NCBI GenBank assembly: GCA_964187785.1
Contig: CAXLNC010000888.1
Coordinates: forward strand, 1 to 64,000
Length of the DNA: 64,000 nucleotides
Reading direction: 5' to 3'
Source of the DNA: Amphiscolops sp. MND2022
Lineage: Eukaryota
Position 1 is the first letter of the stretch. The number at the start of each line of letters is the position of its first letter. Below are positions 12,591-25,400 of the stretch, one piece after another. Both the position numbers and the translations under genes were made by a program. The notes beneath the pieces were generated by a model, which was given only the letters and a program-made list of their open reading frames with translations, was not told the DNA's origin and did not search any database.

Positions 12591-12760
12591 GGCCTTACAA
12601 GACCTGGAGACCCTTGATCCCACTTGGTTGCTCTGGCAAGTCCATTTGTTGATGTCTAAATGCGATTCCAGGAATGTGAATTGGGAAGGGTACATGACAT
12701 TTTTCCTTAATTTTGTTGACTGACATATTGATGCTAAGGAATGTGATTTTCACACCTATG

Positions 12761-12764
<4 letters not shown>

Positions 12765-12824
<60 letters not shown>
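12765..12824. repeat. (TA)30 microsatellite
   Basis: Direct read. Confidence 0.98.
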
Positions 12825-12825
<1 letters not shown>

Positions 12826-15800
12826 TAGCAACTCTCATAGGGAGAACACAATTTTGAAAAGTGTTTTGCTGTTCAAACCAATCAAATGCTACTTTTCCGA
12901 TTTAAAAAATTCATTTTACTGTGATATGAGCACAGTAAGTTCTCAAATCAGAGAGCCACAAATGAGGCTATTAGTTTCCAAATACTGCCTCAAATACAGG
13001 CCACTCTGAAATCCGGACAAGGACACATGTCTCAGAGGAGATGGGAGAACCCGGCTAGAAGTCCGGTATACAGGTCCGGAGAAGCCTTAGACCGTGGGTT
13101 TAGGAGCGACTCCAGAGGTGAGTGCTACAGATTTCCAAACAGAAATCAGGACCTAGAGAGTACTCATTACAGCAACGTTTATTTCAAATATGCTCAGGAC
13201 GTATTTATGGAAAGCTTTGAAAACAGTTTCGAGACACCGAAAGGGGTGCCTTTCATGCTCTATAAGACTGGGGAATCAATCACTTTTTCCACAACTGGTA
13301 ACAAAGAAACTCTTTTTTGAAAACAAAACTCTTTTGTTTTGTCGTTCCTTTCGATGTGTTTAGGTCGTTAGGACTCTAATATTGCTTGTGATGTCATCAA
13401 AATCTTTGTCAAAAAGACTAGAAGGTACTTCTCCAAAAGATTAATTTCGTAATTATTGTTGTAAAAGTTTCAAGGACCAAAATCGGTCTTCAACGCCAAA
13501 AGTTTTCAATTGAATGCTCACTTGAAGAACACTCACATATTTTTTTCAAAAACAAGCCGATGGAGCTTATCAAATAAACCATAACAGAGGCTGTCAATCA
13601 ATAACTCGAACTCCAAATGTCAAATTCCAATATTGACAGAACGTTGCACCAATGTGAACCGTCAAATGACTAAGAAGTTTTAACCGTCCTAGGTTGTTCT
13701 CACTCCTTAAGTATGGTACTCGAATATAGCATGAAACATTGAACACCTATAGTACAAAACCCAAACCTTCAGAACATATAGATATATTTTTCAAAACCCG
13801 GTCGATTGTGACGTCATGACGCATGACATCAAGAATCTTAAATTTGTGAAAGTATAATTAAACCTTGTGACCTAATAGCATGACAGATGTCACTCTACTC
13901 AGAAGTTAATACTTCATTATTGCGATGCTGATATTTCATTATAAATGTAATCTCTTGAACTTCATCTTATAATTATTTGAAGTCTATTTAATCTCATTAT
14001 TGATTGATGTACTAACTAAATCTATATAATCAGAGTAACTCGAATGTTGTAATCAACCAGTACTCTCATCCTCGAAGAGAAAGAATTCTGAAATCTCAGT
14101 CTGAATAGTCCTACTCAGTTCATTGAAAAAAGTATAGCTAGCTAGACGGTATTCTGTTAAGACTTAGTAAGAACTTCTTATGTATTCACTAAAAGAACTA
14201 AAGTCAAACAACCAACAAGTCTTTAACAGCTCAACTTCCTCGGAAAACTGAATCAAGGGGCAAAAAAAGCGTTTGGTGACGATGCTCAAAATATGATTGA
14301 CAGTCTCCTCTGCGCAAAATTGCCACCGAAATTGAAAAGATCAGTCAATATGGCCAGATTGGAAAACGGCTCCTACGATGAAATAGTTGCTCAGTTGGAA
14401 AAAGAGCTTGAGTTTAAGGCCCATGAGGAGTCAGATGACCTAACAATGGCAACGATGACTTCCTCTACATCTAAGCCCAAAAGCCTTCTCTCTAATGGAC
14501 TATCACACGGCATTGTGTGCAATTACTGCAAAGAAAAAAGCCATTTACTCGAAGACTGTGGGAAATTTGAAAATAAAAAAGAGAAGGATGCCCAAAAAGG
14601 TAAACCGACTCAGAAGAAAGTTCACCCTGAGTGTAGAACTTGTGGCAAGAAAAATCACCCTGAAGAACGTTGTTGGCAAGGAGCAGGTGCCCATCTCAAG
14701 CCTAAACGTACTAGGCCTGAAGTTCCATCGGATCGCAATCCAGACTCGAAAATGCAAAAACCACAATACAATTCAACATCGTCTGGCTCCCAGTCCACAT
14801 CCAAGAAGGACGACCAAAAAACCTAGCTTCGCCACGACTCCAACAAAACGATCTAGTATCAGTCCGACAATTTGTCAGATCTGACAATCCAAAAGAAGTC
14901 CTCCACGAACATCAACAACAATTGATGGGGTATCCCTCTGTTGTCTGGCAGCAACAGATGGAAAAAGCTATACCCATCACAAATAATAAGACACATTCGT
15001 ACCAAAAACCAATTCCTGTTTGGGACCCTGATTACACGACAAACTTCACTAGCCGATTCAGGCCCATTCCCTACAATCCGACGTACATTGATCCACACTA
15101 CAGCAGAGATACCTACTGGGACACTGAAATCTATAACCAGGACTTGCTGAAATTCTAGCATGTCCTAGACGATATCGAATTCCACAACAAATCAGTCCAT
15201 AAAAATCCACTGATAACTCAAAACAAGAACTCTAGGGTGCTCGACAAAAACTAGGGCGCTCAAAGAATACCGAAAATAACGCAGAACCGACGCCTCAATC
15301 GCTATTGGACGAAACACAATTCCAAAACGTTCTTATCACCAAAGACGGTCAGATTGACTGTATACTCACTTTCTACAAAAATCAACCTCTAATGCAAGAA
15401 ACGCATGTTGTATTTGTCAATGGACTATGGGTAATTAACCATAGAGGTCTAATCGGCCTTGGGCATTGTCCAGTGCAATTCCTGAAATGGACCTCCGGAA
15501 AATCCGTTTACTTTCTCCACAATCAGTTATCCGGGAGGGTCCACCCCCGAAATTTCAAATATTGGTCGCTAATGGACAATTAAAAACCTTAAAAGTACAA
15601 TTGATCTGAAAGTTGAGGTTGGTGATATCGAGTTCCATGAAATCTTCATAGTAATTGAGGACCTGCCGAGACCAATAATTGGACTACTGTTCCTCCAGAG
15701 AAATCATTCAGTCCTGGACATGAAGCATGGCATTCTGAATTTCCCATTCTTTTAGATGCAACTCAAAACAGCGGATCATCGATACTCTAATGTTCTTGAT

Positions 15801-16418
15801 TCAATCCCGAATCCTACAGAAATAGCCATTCCACCGAACGATAGAGTCCTAATTAGGACAAATTCACTACTCTATCGCGAGAACGCAGTCACTGGCTTAC
15901 TTCAACCAAGTGACCTTTTACACGAAGAGGGGGATATTACATGTTGCCCAGCACTGGTCACCTTGACTGATACCAGTTCAAAAACAGCAAAGTTCAAAAA
16001 AGGACTGCATTTTGCTAATTTTTCTGTGATGACGCCAGAACAGATGAAATACGTCAAACCGATGGACCCAGTGTCAACCTGGAATCTACTACAAAATGAC
16101 CAGGAACAAGCAGCCCACTATGTTAGCAGTCTCACGAAGACAAAAAAAATCCGCAAATTTCTGTGAGAATATTGGTTTCCGACTCCAGAGAATCCTGGAG
16201 TCCCTGATGAACACACGCCTATCCAGAAAGAATCCTACGTGAATTACAGGCCTTACAAGACCTGGAGACCCTTGATCCCACTTGGTTGCTCTGGCAAGTC
16301 CATTTGTTGATGTCTAAATGCGATTCCAGGAATGTGAATTGGGAAGGGTACATGACATTTTTCCTTAATTTTGTTGACTGACATATTGATGCTAAGGAAT
16401 GTGATTTTCACACCTATG

Positions 16419-16422
<4 letters not shown>

Positions 16423-16472
<50 letters not shown>
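16423..16472. repeat. (TA)25 microsatellite (paralog of 12765-12824)
   Basis: Direct read. Confidence 0.98.
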
Positions 16473-16473
<1 letters not shown>

Positions 16474-17855
16474 TAGCAACTCTCATAGGGAGAACACAAT
16501 TTTGAAAAGTGTTTTGCTGTTCAAACCAATCAAATGCTACTTTTCCGATTTAAAAAATTCATTTTACTGTGATATGAGCACAGTAAGTTCTCAAATCAGA
16601 GAGCCACAAATGAGGCTATTAGTTTCCAAATACTGCCTCAAATACAGGCCACTCTTGAAATCCGGACAAGGACACATGTCTCAGAGGAGATGGGAGAACC
16701 CGGCTAGAAGTCCGGTATACAGGTCCGGAGAAGCCTTAGACCGTGGGTTTAGGAGCGACTCCAGAGGTGAGTGCTACAGATTTCCAAACAGAAATCAGGA
16801 CCTAGAGAGTACTCATTACAGCAACGTTTATTTCAAATATGCTCAGGACGTATTTATGGAAAGCTTTGAAAACAGTTTCGAGACACCGAAAGGGGTGCCT
16901 TTCATGCTCTATAAGACTGGGGAATCAATCACTTTTTCCACAACTGGTAACAAAGAAACTCTTTTTTGAAAACAAAACTCTTTTGTTTTGTCGTTCCTTT
17001 CGATGTGTTTAGGTCGTTAGGACTCTAATATTGCTTGTGATGTCATCAAAATCTTTGTCAAAAAGACTAGAAGGTACTTCTCCAAAAGATTAATTTCGTT
17101 ATTATTGTTGTAAAAGTTTCAAGGAAATCAGAAGGGCGATATTCAAAAATTAATTGGAGGAGTAAAGATGAATTATCAAATTGAAAACCAAATAAAAATT
17201 GATTTTTACAGATTCAAACAATTATAATTGAATTAATGCGATTAATTGGCAGTTAATTATAAGAGTCTTTTATCTGAATAATGTCAATAGTATGCTCGTC
17301 CCATTGTGTATGATTAACCTTCAAAAATAGTTACATCTCGAGCTTCATTGGTAAGAGGCCCATGCAGTAATCCGAATAGGCCTAACTGGGACTACTAAAA
17401 AACGTTCCACCATATCAGACATTGGGAGAATAAACACAGACTGCGAATATGCACTGCAACGGTCTGGTTTCTCTTTTTCACTTTTTTCAACAATAAGTGA
17501 CATGATTGCATAATCAAAATATAGCCCCGTAACCGTAACCTTATCGGTCATTCGTTTACAAGGACACTGGGGCTTCCAAGCAACATTTACACATATTACA
17601 AATATTTACATGCAGTTATAAAGATATGTCGTACTTCACAAACGTTTTAACTTTGAGACCACCATGTCCACGTGTACATGGTTGATCGCGGATTATTTAG
17701 AGAGAGAGAGAGACATAAAAAAAGTGGGAATATAAATCACTACCTATTTTCATAAGCAACAACATTTGAAAGGGAACCCCAATTCGAACCTTCTGTACAT
17801 TGGTACAAGATGGTATTTAGGTTAGGTAGTTTGTTTGACCAAATAATATATGCAT

Positions 17856-18043
17856 NNNNNNNNNNNNNNNNNNNNNNNNNNNNNNNNNNNNNNNNNNNNN
17901 NNNNNNNNNNNNNNNNNNNNNNNNNNNNNNNNNNNNNNNNNNNNNNNNNNNNNNNNNNNNNNNNNNNNNNNNNNNNNNNNNNNNNNNNNNNNNNNNNNNN
18001 NNNNNNNNNNNNNNNNNNNNNNNNNNNNNNNNNNNNNNNNNNN
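17856..18043. other. Assembly gap (188 N)
   Basis: Run of n. Confidence 1.
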
Positions 18044-18240
18044 AAGGACCTGATGGCCCGCTGTCCTCACATGATGTTTTTAAGAGACGTGTGGCCGCGT
18101 ATGGCCATTCATTTTTATATCATGTACAAGCAATGAGTACATAGCACAACAAAATGGTGGGCACCTGAAGAAAAGTACGGACTCAACGTCCGCGTCGCCA
18201 GGCTAGGTAGCATTTGAATACGTTTCCTAGCCTGTGCGTC

Positions 18241-18493
18241 TGATGTCTAAAATCGCATCCAGGTTAGATTATGTGAGCTAATAACTTTAGCATTTGAATT
18301 AAATACAACTTTCCAGGGAAATTAAATCATATGATCAGCGGTATTATCGACATCAGGTCTAAATTAGTACCAATCAGTAAAAAAACCAGAACAATAGTTC
18401 ATACTAAAGTAAGTTTTACTTTCTCAATCCAAAGGAATTGCTCCAGTTAGGGCGTTGTAGTAATTTTACGATATTGAATATATCACTCCCCCT
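18241..18493 (-). repeat. Putative polypurine tract (AGGGGGAG, 18486-18493) and 3' LTR (TGAT...ATCA, 18241-18485) of a minus-strand element
   Basis: Minus strand reads gacAGGGGGAG|TGATATATTC...agacATCA. No partner LTR in the window. Confidence 0.4.
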
Positions 18494-20411
18494 GTCAATA
18501 AAAGGTAAGTGCCTGCCGCCATGTCATCTAGAAAAGCTCGTTTCCTCACTTTTGTCCTCATGGTATTTCGCCGATGGTGACAGTTTTGCTGAGGTATTCT
18601 TCCACCGCCTCGTTTCGTATCTGCGCTACTGACTTCCCACAAATCACACAGTCCGAACAGCCATCTAGCGAGGTTGCAATTGTTAACTTCATCCCATTGA
18701 AGTGCGTTGACACACTTGCGACGTTGTAGGCTGTAACTGGAGTATCCACTAGATGAACCACATTTCTGCACATATTAATAGGGTGACTAGTACTAATATC
18801 CTGGTCCCTTCTTATTGGACCATTTCGACGTCCATGTTCGAAGTACAGCTGGCTTGTTTAAGACCCTGCTGAAACGTTGGGTCTCGGTGTCACTGGCCTC
18901 GAAGAATCCCCTTCTCCGTTTGCATTAGTTATGGGAATTGGCTCGGCCAGTTGTCGTTCCGCGCAACGTGCGATCACTTCTAGTCTCCAGATTCGGCTTT
19001 TGAGGATGAGAGCACATCCATGATGGAGCTCGTACTCATGCGTTCCATGACATCGTCCTCATCGCTTGACAAGTATATCACAGTGCCATCTAATGGGGCA
19101 GCACCCACAAAGGCCATAGGGAATAATTCAGACATTGCTCTGGCTTTAAACAAATTTCTTGCTTTTTTGAGATTTTTGGAGAGAGGATTTTGCTAGATAA
19201 GACTAGGTTTTCAAGATCGACTCATTGTTAGCGAATCACAATGAGTTTTCTCCCAGTTTCCTTCTCTCCCGTATTGAATTCAGGTTTTAGAGTTTTTGCA
19301 CTCCATCATCCACAAAACTCCACCAAGTTACCGCCAAGACCCCTTTGAAATTGCCGGCGAAAACTTTGCTGTTGTTTGATAATGTTGTAAACACTTCAAG
19401 CCTTGGAGGGTCATGATAGTTTTTTATAAAAACTCGTAAGCCACTTGAGAATCTTAAGAAGGTGAAGATATGGCTGAAGGCCACGCTGTCTTGTTCATCT
19501 CAGCTAGCGAATAGCATTGCAGTAAATTTTCTTCTTTCCACAATTGCCTTCCGAGGCCGTGAATCCGAATCCAAATAAAAAAATTGAATAATAATATGCA
19601 AAAAATGAAAAAAATAATGGAAACAATAATATATAGTGGAAAGAACCGAATTTTTAAAGTCTGTAAATTGTAGATAAACCTGGTAGTCTTTATCCACAAA
19701 TCATACATGTCGTTATGAATTCGTAAAATATTAGACATCACGCCAAAAGTGCCACGAACTCTAATTTTAATTTCGATATCTGGTCACTTCATTGTTACAT
19801 AGCCAATTCATCAGTTTGATTCTTTATTTTTATTTCTTCTTCATTCGTAATTTTCTCCAGTTTTCTCCGCTTGTTTTTAATCACTAACAGTATTCATTTT
19901 CATTTGCATTCACCATTGCAGCCGTATTTTTTGTCTTTTAGTGTTCTTTTAATATTCCAATTTTACTGCCCCTTCTTCATCTATCATTGGATATCCTTGG
20001 ATCCTCCAGTACACTGTCCCTATTCTTCATCCAGTTCTGGTTTTTCCTTTCCTTTGTCATTGAATTGACAGACGACTTCTGGTCCGTTTATCTTCTGTGG
20101 AAATATTCCTCCAGACTAACAGATTACAGGTGCTTCTACCCTTCTGAGAGAACAACGACAAACCACCAGGCGCAATCCTTAATCCGTTCTAGCTGATTCC
20201 CTTTCTGCGTGACTACTACTCTGGAAATTAGTCATTTTCGGTGAATGATTTTCGAACATTTTAGGGGAATGAAAAAAGGCTGGATCAGGGCTCACTTCCC
20301 ATTCATGTACTTCTGGTAACCAACAATCACATCTTTCACGTGGTTTAAACTTTATGTTATTCCATATCCGAAAACTTTAACAGTGGCACGTGGGAACTCA
20401 AACGTAGGAAG

Positions 20412-22463
20412 TTGTCCACTAATTCTTGTCTTCTTTTCTTTAGACATGTCGTCCGAAGAATAATCGGGAAAAATCATCAGCCAACGGATAGAGACCCTGA
20501 AGTAATTCTTGAGACTCGAACAAACTCCTGTGATCCAATCACAGCGCACCGGCGTCCCTCCAATCTGCCCTATAGCAGTCGAAACACTGAGCAAAGCCTT
20601 ACAGCTTATGGTGATCGTGCTTTGCGTACTCTCGTAGCCATGGACCTCAGTCTAGACATCACCTTCTTGCATGTTCCCAGTCAGACATTCCAACAATATA
20701 AGGCTGGCACAATTCCAGTCAGGCCTCTGCGTCAGTCGCTCTAGAAAGTGAAGGCGTCGAGCCAAGCCAGTCTGGCACAGAACCACAAGAGTCTGCCAGT
20801 CAATTCGATACCAATGAAAGGTCACACGACAGAGGGAGTGACTACTTTGGGACTGATACCAGCGAAGTCGAAGACCTGTATGATAGCATGGAAGTAGACA
20901 CGGCTCTCAACAGGCCAACTTCCATCATTATCAATTGGCAATGGTCTTGATCAGATATGGATCGTCAAAACTCCAGAGCTGGCCAAAGTAGGTGTCATTC
21001 CCTGGGCTTAAATGCAAGTTCCCTTTTGTACACAAACTTCATTTAATCGTTTCTTTCAAGCTATTTTGTGTCTTGCCAGTACAAGCCATCCCGGCGATTT
21101 GTTCCGTGATCATCTCCAGCTCGTGACCTTTCGTGGACCATGTCACTAAGATTGTACCCGGGCAGGAAATGCGAGTCATGGTCAAGGTAATTATAGGTTT
21201 CAATAAGTCTGGCTATCATAGAATTAGTAAGTATAAAACTTTAGTCCAGATGTTAACTAGCAAGCCTTGTTTCCGTTCAGCTTCTAAGTCTTGAGTGGCT
21301 CATCATTAGCGACGATTTGTGTTCGACTGTAAGTATGTCCTCCTTGCCTTTCGCAATTGTGGTTAGGTGGGTTTTCTTTTAAGGGCTTCAGTCTACAATG
21401 TACCTCCAATAAGTACGCTTTCTTTGCATAGGTTTTTCCTATTTAGAAAATAAGAGTTTTGAGAGGAGCCAGGTGGGGTTTTTTGCGTTTGGGCATCTAA
21501 ACCGCTTCGTCCGCAATCTCTGTTACCGCATTAGGAAATTGATTGGACTCAATTGCCCGTATTACGCACGACGGAACTTCAACAATTGTCTTCAAGAGAA
21601 TTCCTCCACATGTTGAAACTAAAACTAGATCTCAACAACGCTGCTACTGCCAAAGTCAGAATAGATCATAGCAACAAAGCGGCGCCGATACCCAACCTCG
21701 CTGAGCTGGTGGAAGACACTAAAGAGGAGTTTGTCGCAAAGGCGAAGATCTACCTTGTATTCCTGCTTGAAAGTTTCCTTGGTCATCTTAGTCTGAACAC
21801 CGATATTGTCAAAGGAATGGCCAGTTTTGACCCTCATGTCCTCCTGAGCTTACATCAAGAGCTAGCTACATTCTGCTTCACAGCGTTGTATCGCAGTTTC
21901 AAAATTTGCCCGTGGTTGGAGGGCTCTCCCGAAACAGATTGCCGTGGCCCAATTTTTGAATTTGTGGACCACTTCCGTCATACCTATGCTTATTTGAAGT
22001 ATTCCCCTGGTGGATTTAATGGCATGGTGGATTTATTGTCGACAATGCCTGAAGCCATTTACACCTTTACCATTCGTTTCGTTTGAGTTTTATGAGTCTC
22101 AATGAGGATACTCCTTTGATTCATCCTGTGCGATTTCGGGACGTCGTTGCCTACATACCCAGATTAGGAGATGTGTTGTTGCACGCACAGTCTTATTTAG
22201 CCTGTTTTCCCGATTCCATTCCTGTTTGTACAAACGAACATTCGCTGGCTGAGTTCCACGAGCTAGAGGAGCATTTCATTTCTGGGTACGTTGCTGGTGA
22301 CCCTCCAGTCGCTCTGCCTCTTGTTCGAGATTCACGACCATTAGCAGTCAGCGTAAGATGTCTCCTAGAAAGGGTAAACGGAAAGTCGCTTTTGGTTCCA
22401 CAATGGCTGCAAAAGGGGATAATGCCCCCAAAGGACATTGAACAGTCCACTTCTAAAAACTAA
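20412..22463 (+). pseudogene. Degenerate ORFs of unrecognised, probably TE-associated family (20412..20744, 21553..22086, 22083..22463)
   Basis: Long, complex, protein-like frames broken by shifts. The last ends 1 bp before the putative LTR at 22465. No family motif recognised. Confidence 0.4.
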
Positions 22464-22464
22464 A

Positions 22465-25400
22465 TGTACATTGTGTGTATTTGTCTCTAGTTTGTTTCCT
22501 TTTGTCTATCCTAAACTGTTCTGTATATTCTTTATCTGTTGTAGTCTTCAATGAGTAAGTTCCTTATATAGTGAAAATAGTGCCAGAAACGATAGCCCAG
22601 TCAGTCGAAGACTACCATGCGGGACTTCAATTCATATATCTGAATTATATCTAGATTCATCAGTAATGTTGCAAATAGGGTTAGGTGGAATATTATATTT
22701 CCCTCCCGGGGCTAGAATATCCTTTAGTTTTTCATTTTCCGATATTCCGGGCACGGTATTATCTGCACCCCCATTTGAAACAAGTTCCGCGTCATTGAAT
22801 ACCTCCGTGACGTGTTTTCATTTTGAGCCGTTTTCGGCATTCCGCCCGGTGACGTAGTTGCATCTCGGCTAGTGGCCGGCCTCCGCCTTATTTCAGTCTC
22901 GCTGCTGCCACTTTCATTTCTTTCTTCGCTGCTGCTTTCATTCTCTTCGGTGACGTAATAGTCTACTTCCCTGCTCGCGGCGTCGTTCGGTAGACGCGTG
23001 GCCGCGAGGGCTAATTATCTTTTCTCGGCTCAAACAGCTTGTACCCGAAGTCTGCTTCCCATGAGATAAAATTTGAGTCGTCCTGCGATATTACGATCTC
23101 TTCGTCTCGCTGTAGTTTCTCTTCGCGATAATTGTACTCTAAGGGCGTGTCTGGGGCAAACTTTTGGAGCCTAACTTGGTGTAAAATTTTTGTTTTGTTT
23201 TGTTTAGGCGACGCACTATGTAGTTTTCTTTGGTAATACCTCTTAAATGATAAAAATGCCAATCCACCTGTAGTCTCTGAATGGTATTTTTGATCCTTGA
23301 ATGTCAGCTTTAGTTAGAAGAGAGAAGTAGTAATCTTTTTTTGAGCGAGCTGCTTTGGCTTTTCGGTCATAGTATGCTTTTTACTAGAAGACGACTTATA
23401 TATATTCTTCTTTGTTTGGTCAATAAACATTTCCGTCCTTTGTTGTAGTTCTTCCGCAAATTCAGTTGTTTCCAGAAAGTTTTGAATAGAGTTAATCCCT
23501 ATTTTATGATCCAGAAAATTGCAGGGAATGCGTCCATGGAATGCTCCCATATCCATTACCAGAGTGAAATGTAGTAATGTAATTGAGTAGAGCTAATAGC
23601 AAATGTTTATGCCATTGATGACGGTATTCCCCTGATGCCATTTTCAAGTTTGTCTTGAGAGGGGCATACATTCTTTCAAGTTTGCCAATTGTTTGCGGCT
23701 GTTTGGTAGTGGCGCATCTGAGACTTATCCCCAAAGTTTGTGCAATCTCCGCGGCAATTGTTGGTGTAAATGTGGAGCCCTCGTCCGTGATAAGGGTTGT
23801 CGGCCAATATTAATGCTTTGTCATGATGTCAATTGTCACCTTAGCTACGTTTGCGGCTGTCGCCTCAATCATCGGGTAGGCAAACAGATATCTTGAAAAG
23901 ACATCAGTTGCTGTCATTACATTCTGGTATTCGCCACTGGTGGGTAAGTTCGGTAATAAATCACTCTGCATGGCATCTTCCGAGCCTAGGTCCCCTTCCG
24001 GCAAATTAAGCAGTTCCCGGCGTTCATGCGTTTTTGGGACGCGTTTGTCATGAGGACACTTTTCGCAACATTCTACCAATTTTTTCACAAGTTTCGCTAA
24101 AGCTGGCTTTTAGTATTTTTGTCGAATTCCAGTAACATTTTATATATGCCAGGGTTATTGTGTGCCGTGCCATGTTGGGCCTGCAATAATTCTCTCAGAA
24201 AAAGTTTAGGCAGTAGGGTTTGATGGCACTTGATTTGTCCTGTTTCGTCATAGTACTGACGTGCCACTATTTTGTTCTTCAGGACTCATCTGTTCAAGTA
24301 GTGTATGTACCGATTATTTTTCTGGAGAATTCCTTCTTCGAATATTTTTTTGATTTTTGCTTTTTATTGGAGTAAATTTGGATCTTTTGATTGGAACACT
24401 AATTGGTTCGTCCTGCATATTTTCCAGTTTAAGTTGGTGATTTCATCCTCGTTGTTTTCTGATTTTGCGTCACTCTGAATTTTTCGTTGTTTTCTGATTT
24501 TGCGTCAGTCTTGTTGTCATCTTCAATAAAGAACACCTGTTTTTTTAGACACGCTGATTGATTGGATATTGACTTGGATAGGTCTTGTTTCAACGTCTTC
24601 TCGTATTTTTAAAACCAGTTTTCTTTAGGGTCCATTTCTATGCGGGACTCGTAGTCCGCCGCAGTGTTGTTTTTGCCTGGAATGTGGGCTAAGAAAAAAT
24701 TGAATTGAATCACTTAATCATAGGCATTCCAGAGGGGCGGGGTATAATCTTGATCTGAAGAGCCCTTGTGGCCGATTTATTATCCGTAAGAATATTCACC
24801 GGTTTACGTGACCAAATTCCTAAAAGGCATAATATTTGGCTAAGAATTCCTTTGCATTTGTTGATATTTTTGAGCTTAGGGGGAGTTAAATGTTTTTGAG
24901 CCATAAGCAATGGGCGCATATGAACTTTTCTACTAAACTGTATTTCGAGTTGGATCGCCTTCGGTCAGAATAGTATATCCGGCTGCTGTGAAACGTGGAC
25001 CAGTTGTTTGTTTGGGAGTGGCTGTTTCAGAGCTAGCTGGCAGCACCTGTCAAGGTCTTGGTTGATCTCATTAAATTGTTGTGGTTCCGTGTGGTTACAG
25101 GGACCTTCTCAGATAATCATTGTATATAGTTTCTGCAGTAATTGAGGAAACCAAGATAACCTTGCAAGGGAAAATTTGTTCTCCTCCAAGAAGTAGTTTG
25201 TGATTCTCCCTTTTTGTGGCTTTACCCTTTCGTACTTGTGCATCATTAATTTCAGTCCAGCTTCCCTGATACATTCGAAAAATGCTCTCAGGTTTTTAAT
25301 GAGGTTTTCGGGGTCGTTTACTGCAATGCCGATGTCGTCGATTTTTTGGGCGCATTGGTTTGCTTTTATGACCCGGTCGAAATATTCCCTCAGAAAACTG

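Larger units (their letters stand above)
9819..17125 (+). repeat. Head-to-tail tandem duplication: unit 1 9819-13476, unit 2 13477-17125, ~99% identical by eye
   Basis: ccaaaatcggtcttcaacgcc starts at 9819 and 13477; gtaaaagtttcaagga ends at 13476 and 17125. ORFs repeat at +3658. Scattered SNPs and 1-bp indels; (TA)30 vs (TA)25. Confidence 0.97.

Noticed and set aside
12595-13009. ORFs with YIYIYI runs (also 16253..16486)
   Set aside because: Translation of (TA)n microsatellites.
17345-17551. Distal Kelch exon
   Set aside because: No GG/Y/W/R Kelch signature in the frames I read.
17810-18136. ORFs containing X runs
   Set aside because: Artefacts of reading through the N gap.
20500-20594. 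Aspartic protease LDTG on the minus strand
   Set aside because: Needs two hypothetical indels, lacks the downstream ILG motif, and the plus-strand frame looks more protein-like.
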